Part shown: positions 39,391-52,005 of the stretch, piece after piece | Numbering within the stretch: position 1 is the stretch's first letter | Layout of the letters: each line of letters begins with the position of its first letter | DNA from: the human T2T-CHM13v2.0 reference genome, Homo sapiens | NCBI RefSeq assembly: GCF_009914755.1 | Contig: NC_060932.1 | Reading direction: 5' to 3' (one strand) | Length of the DNA: 64,000 nucleotides | Notes under the pieces: generated by a model | Seen by the model: only the letters and a program-made list of their open reading frames with translations | What the model was told of the DNA's origin: nothing | The model's database searches: none | Position numbers and translations under genes: made by a program

Positions 39391-39497
39391 TTGAGAAATG
39401 GATCTTTGCCATGTTGACCAGACTGGTCTTGAACTTCTGGCTTCAAGAAATCCTCCTGCCTCAGCCTCTCAAAGTGTTAAGATTACAGGCGTGAGTT
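39391..39497 (-). mobile_element. FLAM / Alu left-monomer fragment
   Basis: ccatgttgaccagactggtcttgaacttctggcttcaag..gattacaggcgtgag. TSD attttatttat (39380-39390 / 39500-39510). Confidence 0.85.
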
Positions 39498-39829
39498 TCA
39501 TTTTATTTATCTGAATCTTATGTCTTTTTTTCTTAAATAGTGCAGCTAAAATTTGTCAGTTTTGTTTATCTTTCATAAATCAAGGATGCTTGGGGGAAAG
39601 GAAATCACATGGGGAATTCTTAATGAATCTACTAAGGTCTCTCTATTTCTGAATTAAATTCCAGATTGTCTAACCTATATTTAAACTCTAAATCCAGCTC
39701 TCACTCCCCACTTTCAGTTTTCAGCAGGATGATCTAGTAACTTCTTTCCCCTTGTCCTTGTTCTTACTAACAGCTCATATTCCTCTTGTTTTACTCATCC
39801 TTCTTCAATATGGTTTTTGTTGGAACGTT

Positions 39830-40640
39830 ATATTAATTTTTTCAAGAAGGATTGTTGGAGGACCTACTATATGGTAGGCCCTACAATAGTCATTAGGAAT
39901 ATGTCTAGCAAAACAGTGCTAATCTCTGTGGTGCTTTTAATATAGTAGGGGTGAGAAAGATTAAAGAGATAATCACATATTTGAGTATATGGTTACAGGT
40001 TTCAGTGAGTGGTATTAAAGGAAACATACGACTGTTGAATGAGTAGAGAGATCAGACTTAATCAGGAGGACAGAGAAAGCTCTCCTGGAAGAAGAATATT
40101 GGGCTGCTGTCTGAAGGATTAATGGAGTGAGCTAGGCAGTTGTAGTGATGCAGAGAAGAAGAGGACTAAAAGAAGAGAGAAATGCAGATATAAAGGCCCT
40201 AAGTTAGATATAAAGCTTAGCATGGTGAAAGAACTGAGAGAGTACATGTATAACTCAGTGCATGAAGCAAAGAGGAAATTGGTAGGATTTGCAACTGGGG
40301 AGACTAGCAGGGCAGATTCATGTATCACGTTACAAGTGCCATTAAAGATCATGGTCTTCTCCCAGCAGTGAGAAGCCACTGAAGGGGAATTACTCTGATC
40401 TGATCTGAATCTTCAAAATATCACATTGGTTTCAGTGAAGAGAGAAGCATGAAAGGGGTAAAAGAAAAACTGGGGAAAGATTTCTTTTGTCCAAATGAGA
40501 GATAATAGTTTGAACTAGAAAGGTACAGCTGATAGGATAAATTGAATATTGGAGAGAGCTTTAGAATGAAATAAATTGTACTCAGGAATAGATTACGTAT
40601 GAAGGAGTGAAAGAAGGAGGTCATACGATGGGTGCTGCTG
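39830..40640 (-). mobile_element. L2 3' fragment
   Basis: acctactatatggtagg..ggcagattca..agtgagaagccactgaagg..tgatctgatctg..tgagagataatag. Confidence 0.75.
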
Positions 40641-43545
40641 AGAGTACGAGTTAAAGCAGATGTCTCAGGTTCGATTGCTTCTAACGAAGTAGACACAATG
40701 TGGACTACTGAGTATCTGACCACCAGATGTTAGCTTCAGAGAGCATTTTAATTCTTAGTCCTCTGTTTGAGGTTGGAAGGAGAATAGATGTACTTTCTAC
40801 TTCACCCATTTTACTAAATTCGTACATTACACTTCCTCATGCTAAATGGTTGGACATAGCTCTGGGTCCAATCAGGAAAGGGATAGCAAATGAGTCTGTA
40901 ATTACAGCACCTGAGTGTAAATCCTGTGATGGGCCACCCACAGAGGGAGATGTTGGCTCTGTCTGGGAGGTCCAGGAAGGCTTACTGGAGGAGGTGGCAT
41001 GCTAGCTGAGTATGCAGGATGAACCGGGGGAATTTGTTACATATCTGTGCAAATCATTTCTCCAATCAGATTATAAGCATGCTTTGGGGAGAATCATAAT
41101 ATATACATTTCTCTGCTACAGACTAGCCCTGCTGTGAGCTCACCATAAATGCTTCCTAATAATTATTTATTGGAAAACAGAAGTAAAGTTTCTTGGGAAA
41201 AATACCTCATTCAAACTAAATCTACCACTGAAACTTCCTTTTTAGACTATGAGTTTTGTATACATTACTCCACAGCTTGATTAGTATGGGTAATTGAAAT
41301 TCTTTAAGTTTTCAAATGGAAGATGAAAGTGAAAATTTTAAGTTGATAACTGTGCAAATTATAACTGTTAGTTCACTTACTTGAGGAAGCAAACTAGACT
41401 GTATAGTCCTAAATGAATATTCACATGTGTTCTCTTTCATTGGCAGGGAAATGCCTATTTTTAAACTCACAGAAAAGACTTTCAATTTAGACTTCATTTC
41501 ATATTAACTTCCTCTGTTTCCTTCCCTGTAGTTTTTACTTTGTTCTATTCAGTGTGACAAATTTATGCTTAGACTGTATTTTTAAAAATTAAGGATCTGC
41601 TTAACTTTTAAGATTTTTATAGTATAGAGATTATGGACCTTATGGAATAGTTTGACAAGTGACTGAATTGCCAGATGTAAAAACCTAAACTGTGTCTCAG
41701 TTTTGAAATGCCTAAAAGTCTGCGACAAAATCCACCTAGTGTATTTTGAATGTGTTTTTATTGTTTGGATTTGTCACGTAATATGTATGCATGACATGAG
41801 GATATTATAACTTAAATAACTAGAGGGGTGGACCCAATAATTCAAACGTGGACCTTTAAACATGGGTCTGCACCTCTAAGGACTACATATTGGCTGGACT
41901 GCTGACTTGCTGCTTACAGTTTCTGCTATGACCTTATATAATCTATGCATTTTTGCTCCCTGTTTGCATCTAGTAATCATCTTTAATCAGCTTACTTCCC
42001 TGTAGGGAAGGATTTACTTCTGTTTCTGTCTTACTGTTTGCAACTTAAATTGTTTTGCCTTTAAGTTCTTGTAACTCTTCTATCATTTAACCTTAAAGGC
42101 ATTATTTAACATATAGCAATGGTGATTTTTAAAAAATCAAACTATCTCATATGTCAAGGTCAAAAAGCACAAATAAAAAACAACCAAAATGCTTCTCTGA
42201 CATTTTCTCATAGTGCGTATACTACCTATATCTTCATATGTGATAGCACAGATCCACTTCAATAAATGTAAACTGATTTTTCCTATTAAAAAATACACTC
42301 AATTTTTAATATTTGAACATAGCTCTCAAGAAACATTTCCCTTGGAATTGAGGAAACAGCAATCAGAGCAACAGCAGCAATGAATGAAGGAAGAACCAGT
42401 GCCCAGACTATGCCAGAAAACCAAACAGATGGCTCTCAGCAAATGAGCCAAAACATGTCCTGCAATGTATATTTTATGTGTGGGCAGGGACAATTTCAGG
42501 CACATTTACCTTGCATCCTGAGTGCCTGGCACAGAGTAAGTGCTTATATTTATATTTATGTGGAATTAACTAGTAGGCAACTCAACACTAACTTGATTTA
42601 CTTAAAAAGTACATTCATGGTCTTTATGAATAAGAGATAATACCATTGGTACTAGCAGTTATTTTGGGGATGTTGCTGAATGACTATTTGAAATGATTCT
42701 GTATGGTTGGTTGATGGAATTTACTATACTTAACAGAATATCATTTTCTAGAACTAGATATTTTCTGTTGCAGATTACAAATGTCATTCTTGAAGAATCT
42801 ATGCTTATCCAACACAGGTCATTTCCATACCTTTCACTGTTTTTTGGGGGGGAGGAAATAAAACAAATTTCTTTATGACTTGTAATAAAAATTTTAAGCC
42901 CAAATAACTGAAATTGGGGGACATAGACCATTTTTTGATGCAATATATTCAATTCCTCAAAAAGAATTGCAAAGTCAAATCTACATTAAAGCATATAGAA
43001 AAGTGAAGTAGGACCCTTATAAGGTACTCTCATAAAAGTAATATGGACATGACATAAATATGATCAAATCAATTCTGGAAAACAGAAGTTGACTGCAAAA
43101 TCAAACTTATGTTTACTTTAAGTTTGTAAGATAAAAGAGCCTCATGTCCTGATTTGTTCAGAATTCTTTAATAATCAAAATATAGGCAGTATTTGACAAT
43201 CTGCCAGCTTTTGGTTTTCACAAAAATAAGTTAACGTACACCAACTCAGTTACTCTTTCCTTCAGCTTCTCTCTTGAGAATCATGCTTAGATCTAAAAGA
43301 GGAACCGCAGAAGAGTGTCAGTGATAATGAAAGGATGATGAACCATATGGAATTCCTGAATTACTAAAAGCAGACGAGCAAGATTTTCAAATAAATGAGA
43401 TGCCCTATGATTGAGTTCATCTGTTTTCATTTAGCAGAACAACAATAAGTGAACACATAATGGGATAGAAAATTATGACGGTTTTTACATACATTTACAT
43501 ATCACATTCCAAAACATTTCCAGAAAGGAAATATTTGTACCACCT

Positions 43546-44286
43546 TATGATGGTTAATTTTATGTGTCAACTTGACTGGGTCATGAGTTATATATTTGAT
43601 AAAACATTATTCTAGGTGTTTCCATGAGGGAGTTTTTGGATGAGATTAACATTTATTTATTTATTAATTTGAGTCAGGGTCTTGCTCTGTCACCCAGTCT
43701 GCAGTGCAGTGGTGCAATCTCAGCTCACTGAAGTATCAACTTTTAGGACTTAAGTGATCCTCCCGCCTCAGCCTCCCAAGTAGCAGGGATGACAGGGATA
43801 AGCCATCCACACCTGGCTAATTTTTTTTAATATTTATTTTCAGTACAGATGGGGTCTCAATATGTTGCCCAGGCTGATCTGAAACCCCTAGGCTCAAGCG
43901 ATCCTCCTGCCTCAGCCTCTCAAAGTGCTGGGAATACAAGTATGAGCCACCGTGCCCTGCTGAGATTAACATTTAAATCAATAGACTGAGTAAAACAGAG
44001 TACCCTTCATAATGTGAGTGGGCCTCATTCAAGGAGCTGAAGACCACAGGAGAGCAAAAGGCTGACCCTCCTCCAAGTAAGAGGGAGATCCTCTTGCCCT
44101 AAAATGGCCTACACTGGGGCATCAGCTCTTCTTGGTTCCACAGCAGCTTCCAGTCCTTGGATTCAAACTGGACATTGGCTCTGCAGATTTTGGACTTGCG
44201 AGTCTCTGTAATTGCTTCAGTCAACTCCTTAAAATCTGTCTCTCTCCTATTGGTTCTATTTTTTCTGGAGAGCCCTGACAAATACA
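43546..44286 (+). mobile_element. MLT2D-like ERVL LTR interrupted by AluJ
   Basis: atgatggttaattttatgtgtcaacttgactggg..ctggagagccctgacaaataca. 5-bp TSD cacct/cacca. Confidence 0.88.
43656..43960 (-). mobile_element. AluJ SINE
   Basis: J-type agggtcttgctctgtc..ggctcaagcgatcctcc. Perfect 15-bp TSD tgagattaacattta (43641-43655 / 43961-43975). Confidence 0.92.
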
Positions 44287-44929
44287 CACCATGTAACCAT
44301 ATTCTTCCATACAGTTGAGCCCTCACAGCCACCTGTAATACTCTGTGTTCTCCTAGTCAGTAACTTCAGCCATTCTTCACAACTATTGTAGTTTTTCCTG
44401 AACAATTCTTAAGCATTCTACTCCATCTCTTCTTACTTTCAGCAGCCTCCTATCATGTAGGTAAAATAAATGCCATATGATAAGAAATCACTAAACTTTA
44501 AAATCCCCAAACCTCCACTCTCCTCTATGATTTCCTCATTTCTTTCTGTTCAAATACAGAAAATAACTTGTCTCTTGCCCAAGAGTAATCCAACCAGTTG
44601 TGTTCTGTGTCCAATTCCTTCTTCCATGTTTAGATACTTGCTGGGTTTATCATTTTTTTCTCTCTCCTCTTTGTTTGTAATTTCTTTTTATATATCACAA
44701 CCTTTTATGAAATGTAAGCGTGTTCACTTCTCTCCTATCACAAAAATAAACAAAAAACACAAAAAGCCCTCTTCTTTGGCAGCACCTTCTGCTCTGCTCA
44801 CTATTTTTCCCCTCCTGATAGCCATGTTTTTTAGGTCATTATTTGCAATTGTACTCTGGCCCTCTTTATCTGAATGCCAAAATAAATGTTTAAGGTGCCA
44901 AGGCAAGAATTCAAAAAATTACAAAAACA

Positions 44930-45530
44930 AAAGATAAAAGCTTCAGACGGAGTAGGGACCCCTCTTAGCTACTTCTGGGCCGCTGAAACATGGCAATTTT
45001 TAAAAAATCTTGAGTACCTTCAAGGGAAGTTCCAGGCACCTAGCTGGCCTTGAAAAGTAAATGCCCATTAATCAACAAGCAGATAAAGAAAATGTGGTAT
45101 ATATGTACCACAGAATACTACTCAGCCATAAAAAGGAATGAATTAATGACATTCACAGCAACCTGGATGGAGGTGGAGACCATTATTCGAAGTGAAGTAA
45201 CTCAAGAATGGAAAACCAAACGTCGTATGTTCTCACTCATAAATGGAAGCTAAGCTATGAGGACGCAAAGGGATAAAATGATACAATGAACTTTGGGGAC
45301 TCAAAGGGTGGGAGGGAGGAGAGGGTAAAAGAGTACACAATGGGTAATGTGTACACTGCTCAGGTGATGGGTGAAACAGAATCTCAGATTTCATCACTGA
45401 AGAACTTATTCATGTAACCAGACACCACCTGTTCCCCCAAAACCTATTGAAATTTCAAACAAATAAGCAACCTGATAAACAAGAAGATAATAACAACAGT
45501 CTCCAGCAAGCCAGAGTTGCAAGGTATTTT
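44930..45530 (+). mobile_element. MER67-like ERV1 LTR fragment split by L1PB
   Basis: aaaatcttgagtaccttcaagggaagttccaggcacctagct..aagtaaat, then resumes after the L1 with aagcaacctgataaacaagaagataata. Confidence 0.65.
45058..45458 (+). mobile_element. L1PB1/2 3' fragment
   Basis: gtgaagtaactcaagaatggaaaaccaaacgtcgtatgttctcactc..ccacctgttcccccaaaacctattgaaat. Confidence 0.88.
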
Positions 45531-45589
45531 GGTGGTGGCACCTTTATTCTTTAGGGTCTTAGGGCCACAAAAATTCCTCAACCAGACTT

Positions 45590-46680
45590 TCTATGCCTCA
45601 TTCTTTCTAGAACCCACTGCACTCTGAATTATCCCCTCAGTTCTGCTGAAATTGCTCTTACTAATATCATTAATAGATACTCATGTCAGTATCATACTTA
45701 GTTTCTTATTATCATCTTCCTTGAAACATTTTCTTCCCTTGGCTTCTCTGATGCTTCAGTGTTCTGTCTTTGGGGCTGCTGGTCTCTTCCATTTTGTTCT
45801 CAGGCGTTTCTCCTCTCATGGAATAATCTCAGTCCATGTGATCTGATTCCCGCTACTCCAATTTCAAGTCCTTTTATTTACTGATGGCTCCCAAAATGAA
45901 CACTTCAGCCTATATCTCTCTTAAACTGCAACCTTTATCTCTCTCTTAAACGGCAGATTTATACACCCAACTATTATATTTCTCCTTCAGGATATTTCAA
46001 TGGAAGTTCAAACTCATCTTCTAGAAAAATGGCTTTCTATGCTAATCTTTGTCTCTGCTCTGGCTCCCACGTTCTGTAGCTCAGTAGATGGCACTGATGT
46101 CTTCACTGAGGTTCACGACTGAATCCTCAACACAGGACTTAACCTCTCCTGTCCTATACCATACAACAAATAAACCATCAGTTCCTACAGATTCTACAAT
46201 CCTAAAATCTCTAGAATCCTACCAATTTCACCTGATAGCTAGGCTATTGCCTTTTAAATAAGTTTGAGTTTCTTGCCTTCTTTTTTCTCTTTTCCAATCC
46301 TTTCTTTATGATGCAACCTGAAACATAAATTAAATGTAAATTACAATCGTTTGCTCTTTAGCATAAGAATTTCAGTGGCTCCTTGTGGCCTTCAGGATAA
46401 TGTCTAAGCTCCTTCATGTTTCTTAGAACAACCAGCTTGCCGTGACTTGTTTTTACTGCTTCAGTATATCCTCTTATCTGTAGATAGGGTTTCCATTCTT
46501 CACGTGTGCAGTTCCTCTTGTATTTGAGGGCTTTTGCCACATTGTTTTGTTTTCTTTTTGTTTTCTCATTCAACTAAATCTTGTTTTAGATCTCAACTTA
46601 GACATTTACCCCATATGAAAAGCTTCTCCTAAACTCTAAATAGGGGTTTAGGAACTCATATCACATGCTGCTTCAGACAG
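45590..46680 (+). mobile_element. L2 fragment
   Basis: ctgctgaaattgctct..ccttgaaacattttcttcccttggcttc..tactgatggctcccaaa..ttcagtggctcc. Confidence 0.7.
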
Positions 46681-46694
46681 TTATTTTATCCAAA

Positions 46695-46850
46695 CCACAA
46701 TTTTTCCATTTGTAAAATAAATAGGATTATATCACCTACTCTACAGGGTTGTTGTAAAAATTAAAGGAGAAAATGTAAAGTGTTAGCAGAGTGCCATAGC
46801 TCAGAGTAAATAAATTAATTAAATATCAGTAAATATTAGCTCTGATGATC
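46695..46850 (+). mobile_element. MIR SINE
   Basis: ccatttgtaaaata..cacctactctacagggttgttgtaaaaattaaa..gtaaagtgttagcagagtgcc. Confidence 0.8.
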
Positions 46851-47439
46851 TTTATGTTTATTATGATTACTAAGAAAGATTCTTTTATGGATTCTTATCC
46901 AGTATTAACAAAGACACTCAAGTTCCTCGTGCATAATTGAAATGTAAATTTCTGATCTACTCCAAACTTTCTTGAAAAAAAAGGAAAAGCACAAAATGAA
47001 TAGATACATCAATTTTTAAATATTGTTACTATCAAACCAAACATCTTCCCAAAGAAAATTATTATGGGCTCATGATTTTTTTTGTGATAGAGAATGAACA
47101 GATAAACTCTACTGTCTAAAATAGTACAGGGTTTGTTGTTAGCTTTCAGAAGGATATTTTATATTGGATAGATCTTATTGCTGCTTACATTTCATCCTCA
47201 AAATAAAAGGACACGTTTAGCCACTTCAGAATCTAGATACAGATTTGCCTGATTCTGTCAGCCAATCTTTCTGCCCTGTATGCCATATTGCCTCTCTAGG
47301 GAGCAGCTTCTGGGTAGGGGGAAGGAGTGGCTGGAAGCAATGTATGAGACAGTTACAACAAATTTTCACCCAACAGGGTTCTGTAAATTGTATCTTTAAG
47401 ATTAGGAGAGGATTTATTTTTCAATAATAGCTCAAAGCA

Positions 47440-47740
47440 CAGCTCCCACTCATTTTCTGCAATTCCAAAATCCAAGGAATCCTGAAAAAACAACAAGTGT
47501 TCTCCTAGGTTTGGTGTCAAAGCTCAATTGAATACAAAACTGACCTGAACTGACAATAGGACATTTATTACTCCTTTTAACCCCATTTAGTGTTGTGACT
47601 ATTGATTCATGTTACTACAAAAATCTTAATAGGTTTGACTCCAGAGTGCTACCCTGACATTTCTGTTCTTTTACATGAAATACTCAAATTCTGAACCATA
47701 TCCGTCCCCAAGGATTTGGAATAATATATTGTGGATGTGT
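47440..47740 (+). mobile_element. MER46C Tigger-family MITE
   Basis: ctgcaattccaaaatccaa..aaaactgacctgaactgac..ccccaaggatttgga..attgtgga. Confidence 0.8.
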
Positions 47741-47774
47741 CATTTTTTTCACATCCTGACTGTCATGGCAGATA

Positions 47775-48240
47775 TGTAATAGGTAATACTTGTAGGTTTC
47801 AACTTCTAAAGAAACAGCCCAGCCTAGCTTAAGTAAAAGGGGGGATTCGTGGAAGGATACTACAATTGCATGTAGAAATATAAATGCACAAATCTGGTGA
47901 TTCTTTCTTAATATAATATCCATCAGGAAGTTTTAGCCGTCAGGGAAAATTGTTGGCTACCTTCTCTCAGATGCCACTGCATGAAGAAAACAAGGCCTTC
48001 AGCAGCTCTAAGCTCTGGCACTTACATCAGATAAAACACAGGTCTTTCTTTCTTAGATAAGTTTGGTCATGGAATGGGAACAGGCCTGTGGCATATGCCC
48101 AGCTTTGGGGTAGTGTGGCAGAGTTTGTTAATGGCAAACTCCAACTTAACCTCACAGGTGGTTGTGGAGGTGGAACAACCACCGCCCCCCCGCCCCACCA
48201 AGGAAATTTTAGCTAGTAGATGAAAAATCAGATGTCCTCC
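47775..48240 (-). mobile_element. Old MaLR LTR (MLT1J/K/L class)
   Basis: ctagcttaagtaaaagggggatt..ggaaggatac; degenerate. Confidence 0.5.
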
Positions 48241-50099
48241 AAAATATGACTGACCATAGGAAAGAAAAACATGCATAGTATTCATCAACCACTCTGGTAA
48301 AACTAGGAACAGATAAACGGTTTTTTTCATTTGTTTGTTTTCTACATATCAAGATTCACAGTTCTTACATTATAACTCAACATAACATATCATTACATTT
48401 TATGGCAAACCAACCTACTGAAACCTATTTTTTTAATACTTCAAATCAGAATGGTCAGGCATTTTATTGTATAATTGACTCATACTTTACTCTTTCTAAA
48501 AATAATCTTTCTCCACATCCACTGATAAATGAATAAATATGCCATCTGTAATGTTAAAGGTTTGTTTGAGAAACAAATTATTTTCTGATGTGACACTAAT
48601 ATGGTATTTCATCAATTAATAGTTTCAGTGGCTTTGAAATATTTCAAGTCTATGCCTAGCTAATGAATTTAATAGAACTAAATTTGGATATTAGTGCTTC
48701 ATCGGTGTTGATGAATATATTTCAACTGTAAAAAGATGAAAGGAAGTAATTCAAAAAACAAATGTAGGCACTTGAATTACATTTTGATGATAATTATTTC
48801 TGCTCTTTGTGAGCTAAAGGAAACCTAACCCCAACATTTTATTTGTTAATAAATAATTCCGTATCAGTAGACTGCAGAAAAACTTAATGTAATCACTTAG
48901 AAATAATGAAACAGTAATAACCACGAAAAAAAAAAACATAGAAATCTGGGAAGAGCCTAAGATTTCTTTACTTCATGATGTTTTCTGCAACTATTCCATT
49001 CCATACTGGTCTGTTGAGCTTTCACAATACCTTCTGTCCAACCATTATCTGCCCTTCATTACATGCAATGTGATATTATCATTGAGTCTAATATTGAATG
49101 CATATTATGCTTTCCATTCAACTTGAAAACTCATTTAGGTAAACATATTACACTTCATTTATATTCCCTCTTCAGTGCCTATTATGAAATGTACACTAGG
49201 CATTAAACAAGACTTGAAAATTGAATTGTTAAACCTTGTGAGAGTTAACAGAGAATCATTGGCTAATCAGTTTCAGGAGACCTAGGGTTAATTCGTTTAA
49301 CAATTTATACATGAGATTTTTTGCCATTTATGATAAGCTATCAAATTTCCAAAATATTTCACTCATCTATATTCTAATGACATATCTATTAAATCAAGTA
49401 GAGGAAGTGTTTACCTAGAAACAATGTCTTTTCCAGAATTAAGTTGACCCACTATCAAACATCATAGTAAGTTTACAGTACTATTACCAATTTATATGTG
49501 TGATATAAATACAGTGTAATATTTTATTCTTTAACGTGGACTAGGGTGATATTTTCTGAAATAATTGTTTCCTCCACTATATTCTTTAGCTGCTGTCAAG
49601 AATTTAGACGTAAATCACATTTCTGATTATGTTTCTTTCTCATTTACTGACTTTTAGAATGGTCCAGTGCAAACTGAAGAACTCAAATTTCTTGGCAGAA
49701 AAGATTCTTTTCATCTTCTCTCGCTATGTTTCCTCATCATGTTCTCTGATTAGTCTATTGTACCTATAATAGCAATATCAAAAATTTACTCTTCTCTAAG
49801 TATTCTAATTATTTTTTCACTGGAGAATTCCTTTTAAAATATTTTTCTCATCTACCAACCTGTGCTCAAATATTAAGTTTTAACATCTGCAAATTTCCTC
49901 TAGCTCACTTGCAAAAAAAAAAAATAAGAAAAACTTAAAACTGTTCAAAAGTCCATTTATCAATAACCCTTTTTAAGCAAAAGGTAACCATCCACCCAAA
50001 TGTCATTCTTTGAAGATGTACCAGCCCCTTGCACATTAGTTCTCAGATCTATTCTCTGACTTTCCCCGCATATTTTAGGAAACCTTGATCACTGAGTTC

Positions 50100-50537
50100 T
50101 GGCTAAAGTTAGCTACTGTGAGAAACTGACAGGACCCTAAAGACTGGGACACAGACACAGAGTTAATCCACCTCTTCCATTTATGCTTAGAGCTGCTTTT
50201 CTGGAAGCAGCTGTATCTCCCCATGGCCCCAGCTCACCCTGGGCAACCCCTTTATCTGCGGTTCTGGTCACTGCCATACAGCTTTCTTGGAGACTGAGTA
50301 ACCTCACCCCAATCTGGCAACCCCAGCTCTGGGTTGGGGTACCACCACTTCTATCTTCTCACCCTCTAGGCATAGAGCTAGCATCAACTAATTGATGTTG
50401 TTAATCTAGGAATGACCTTAATAGTGCCTGCTTGCCTTCAGCAAGCACCTGTGCAACTAGTCCCCAGAACTCAAGTCCTTCTTTTGGACTATGTGGAATG
50501 AGCTCTGCTTTTTGGCCTAGACCCTGACTCTGACACA
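50100..50537 (+). mobile_element. Old ERVL-type LTR fragment
   Basis: Ends ctctgctttttggcctagaccctgactctgacaca, an LTR33/LTR50-like 3' end. The 5' boundary is uncertain. Confidence 0.4.
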
Positions 50538-50793
50538 TTATCAATCGGTACATAAAAAGGCAATTTTTAAACTGTGATTATATACTTTACGCTATTTAAA
50601 TAATATTAAATTGAATTTGTTAAAAATTAATAAAACGAAATCAAGTAGAAGTGAAAATCTCAGTGAAACTCCACTGAAAATCAAACATTTATATCCTTAT
50701 TATAAGAGATATTATTCTCTTAGAATATCCTTGTGAAGATAGGAATGAATTGTAATTAAGACAAGAGACTTCAGTTTAAAATTATATGTTTTA

Positions 50794-51096
50794 TTTCTTT
50801 ATTTATTTTTGGTTGTTAGAGACAGGGTCTCACTCTGTCATCAAGGCTGGAGTGCAGTGGCACGACATAGCTCACTATAACCTCAAACTCCTGGGTTCAG
50901 GGAATCTTCCCATCTCAGCCTCCTGAGTAACTGGGACTACAGGCATGCACCACAATACCTGGCTAATTGTTTAAATTTTTTGTAGAGATGGGACCTATAT
51001 TGCTCAGGCTAATCACAAACCCCTAGGCTCAAGCCATGCTCCCACATTGGCCTGTCAAAGCACTGAGATTACAGGAATTAGCCACTGCGCCCAGGC
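50794..51096 (-). mobile_element. AluJo-like SINE
   Basis: gacagggtctcactctgtc..catagctcact..cctcaaactcctggg. TSD tatatgtttta (50783-50793 / 51101-51111). Confidence 0.9.
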
Positions 51097-51590
51097 TTAC
51101 TATATGTTTTAATCGTAGATATTACCTGATCCATAGACAAAAACCTTCGCTCTCTTGTAGGCTCACTTCCTTTCCAGTCACCTTCCATTTCAATTGCCTC
51201 CTTTCTCTTTTGTAAATTTGTCAATAATTTGACATGGCAAAAATTGTAACTTTTTTATTCTCTCCTGCCACCAGTTTAACATCCTTTATTATAATTCTAG
51301 ATTTAAGTGGAGTCAGTGATAATTGTCACCAGTTTAACAGGGTTTCTTATAGCAATTCTACATTTAACTGGAGTCACAGATAATCACTACTCCAATACCA
51401 AGGCACCATTTGTGAGTTCTTTATAAGGCTGCATTGCATTATATGTTGAATTGTCACGATGAGGATTGTTATCAGTTAAATTTTAATATGCAGTTTGTTT
51501 CCGTTTTTCTTACCAGTGGTTAACAGGTGACATATAGGTTCTTTCATATTTGAGATGGCCTGACTATTGCTCTGTCCATGAAATACTTGG

Positions 51591-52005
51591 TCCAATAGTT
51601 TGGGTATTTGTCCTCAACAAATCTCATGTTGAAAGGTAACCCACACTGTTGGAGGTAGGATCTGGTGGCAAGTGTTTGGGCGCAGATCTCTCATGACCTG
51701 GGCACAGATCTCTCATGACTTGGTGCTGCCCTTGTGACAGTGAGTGAGTTCTTGTAAAATATGAGAGTTTAAAAGTATGTGGCACCTCCCTGGTATTGCT
51801 CCTCCTCTCACCGGATGAGACACCTGCTCCTCCTTCACCTTCTGCCATGAGTAAAAGCTACCTGAGGCCTCACTAGAAGCTGAGCAGATGCCAGAACAAT
51901 GCTTCTACAGCTTATAGAACCATTTAGAGTCAATTAAATTCCTTTTCTTTATAATCACCTAACTTCAGGTATTTCTTTATAGCAATGTAAGAACTGTCTA
52001 GCACA
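51591..52005 (+). mobile_element. MSTB MaLR LTR
   Basis: aaatctcatgttgaaa..ccttctgccatgagtaaaagc..cctgaggcctcac..gcagatgcc..ctttatagcaatg. 5-bp TSD cttgg/cttgt. Confidence 0.9.

Noticed and set aside
44470-44937. 155-aa ORF, the longest in the track
   Set aside because: It lies in pyrimidine-rich decayed L2 and adjacent repeat sequence, has low-complexity S/L/F composition and no recognisable domain.
51785-51791. CCTCCCT PRDM9-type heptamer in MSTB
   Set aside because: It lacks the downstream NNCCAC of the 13-mer motif, and the heptamer alone is common.
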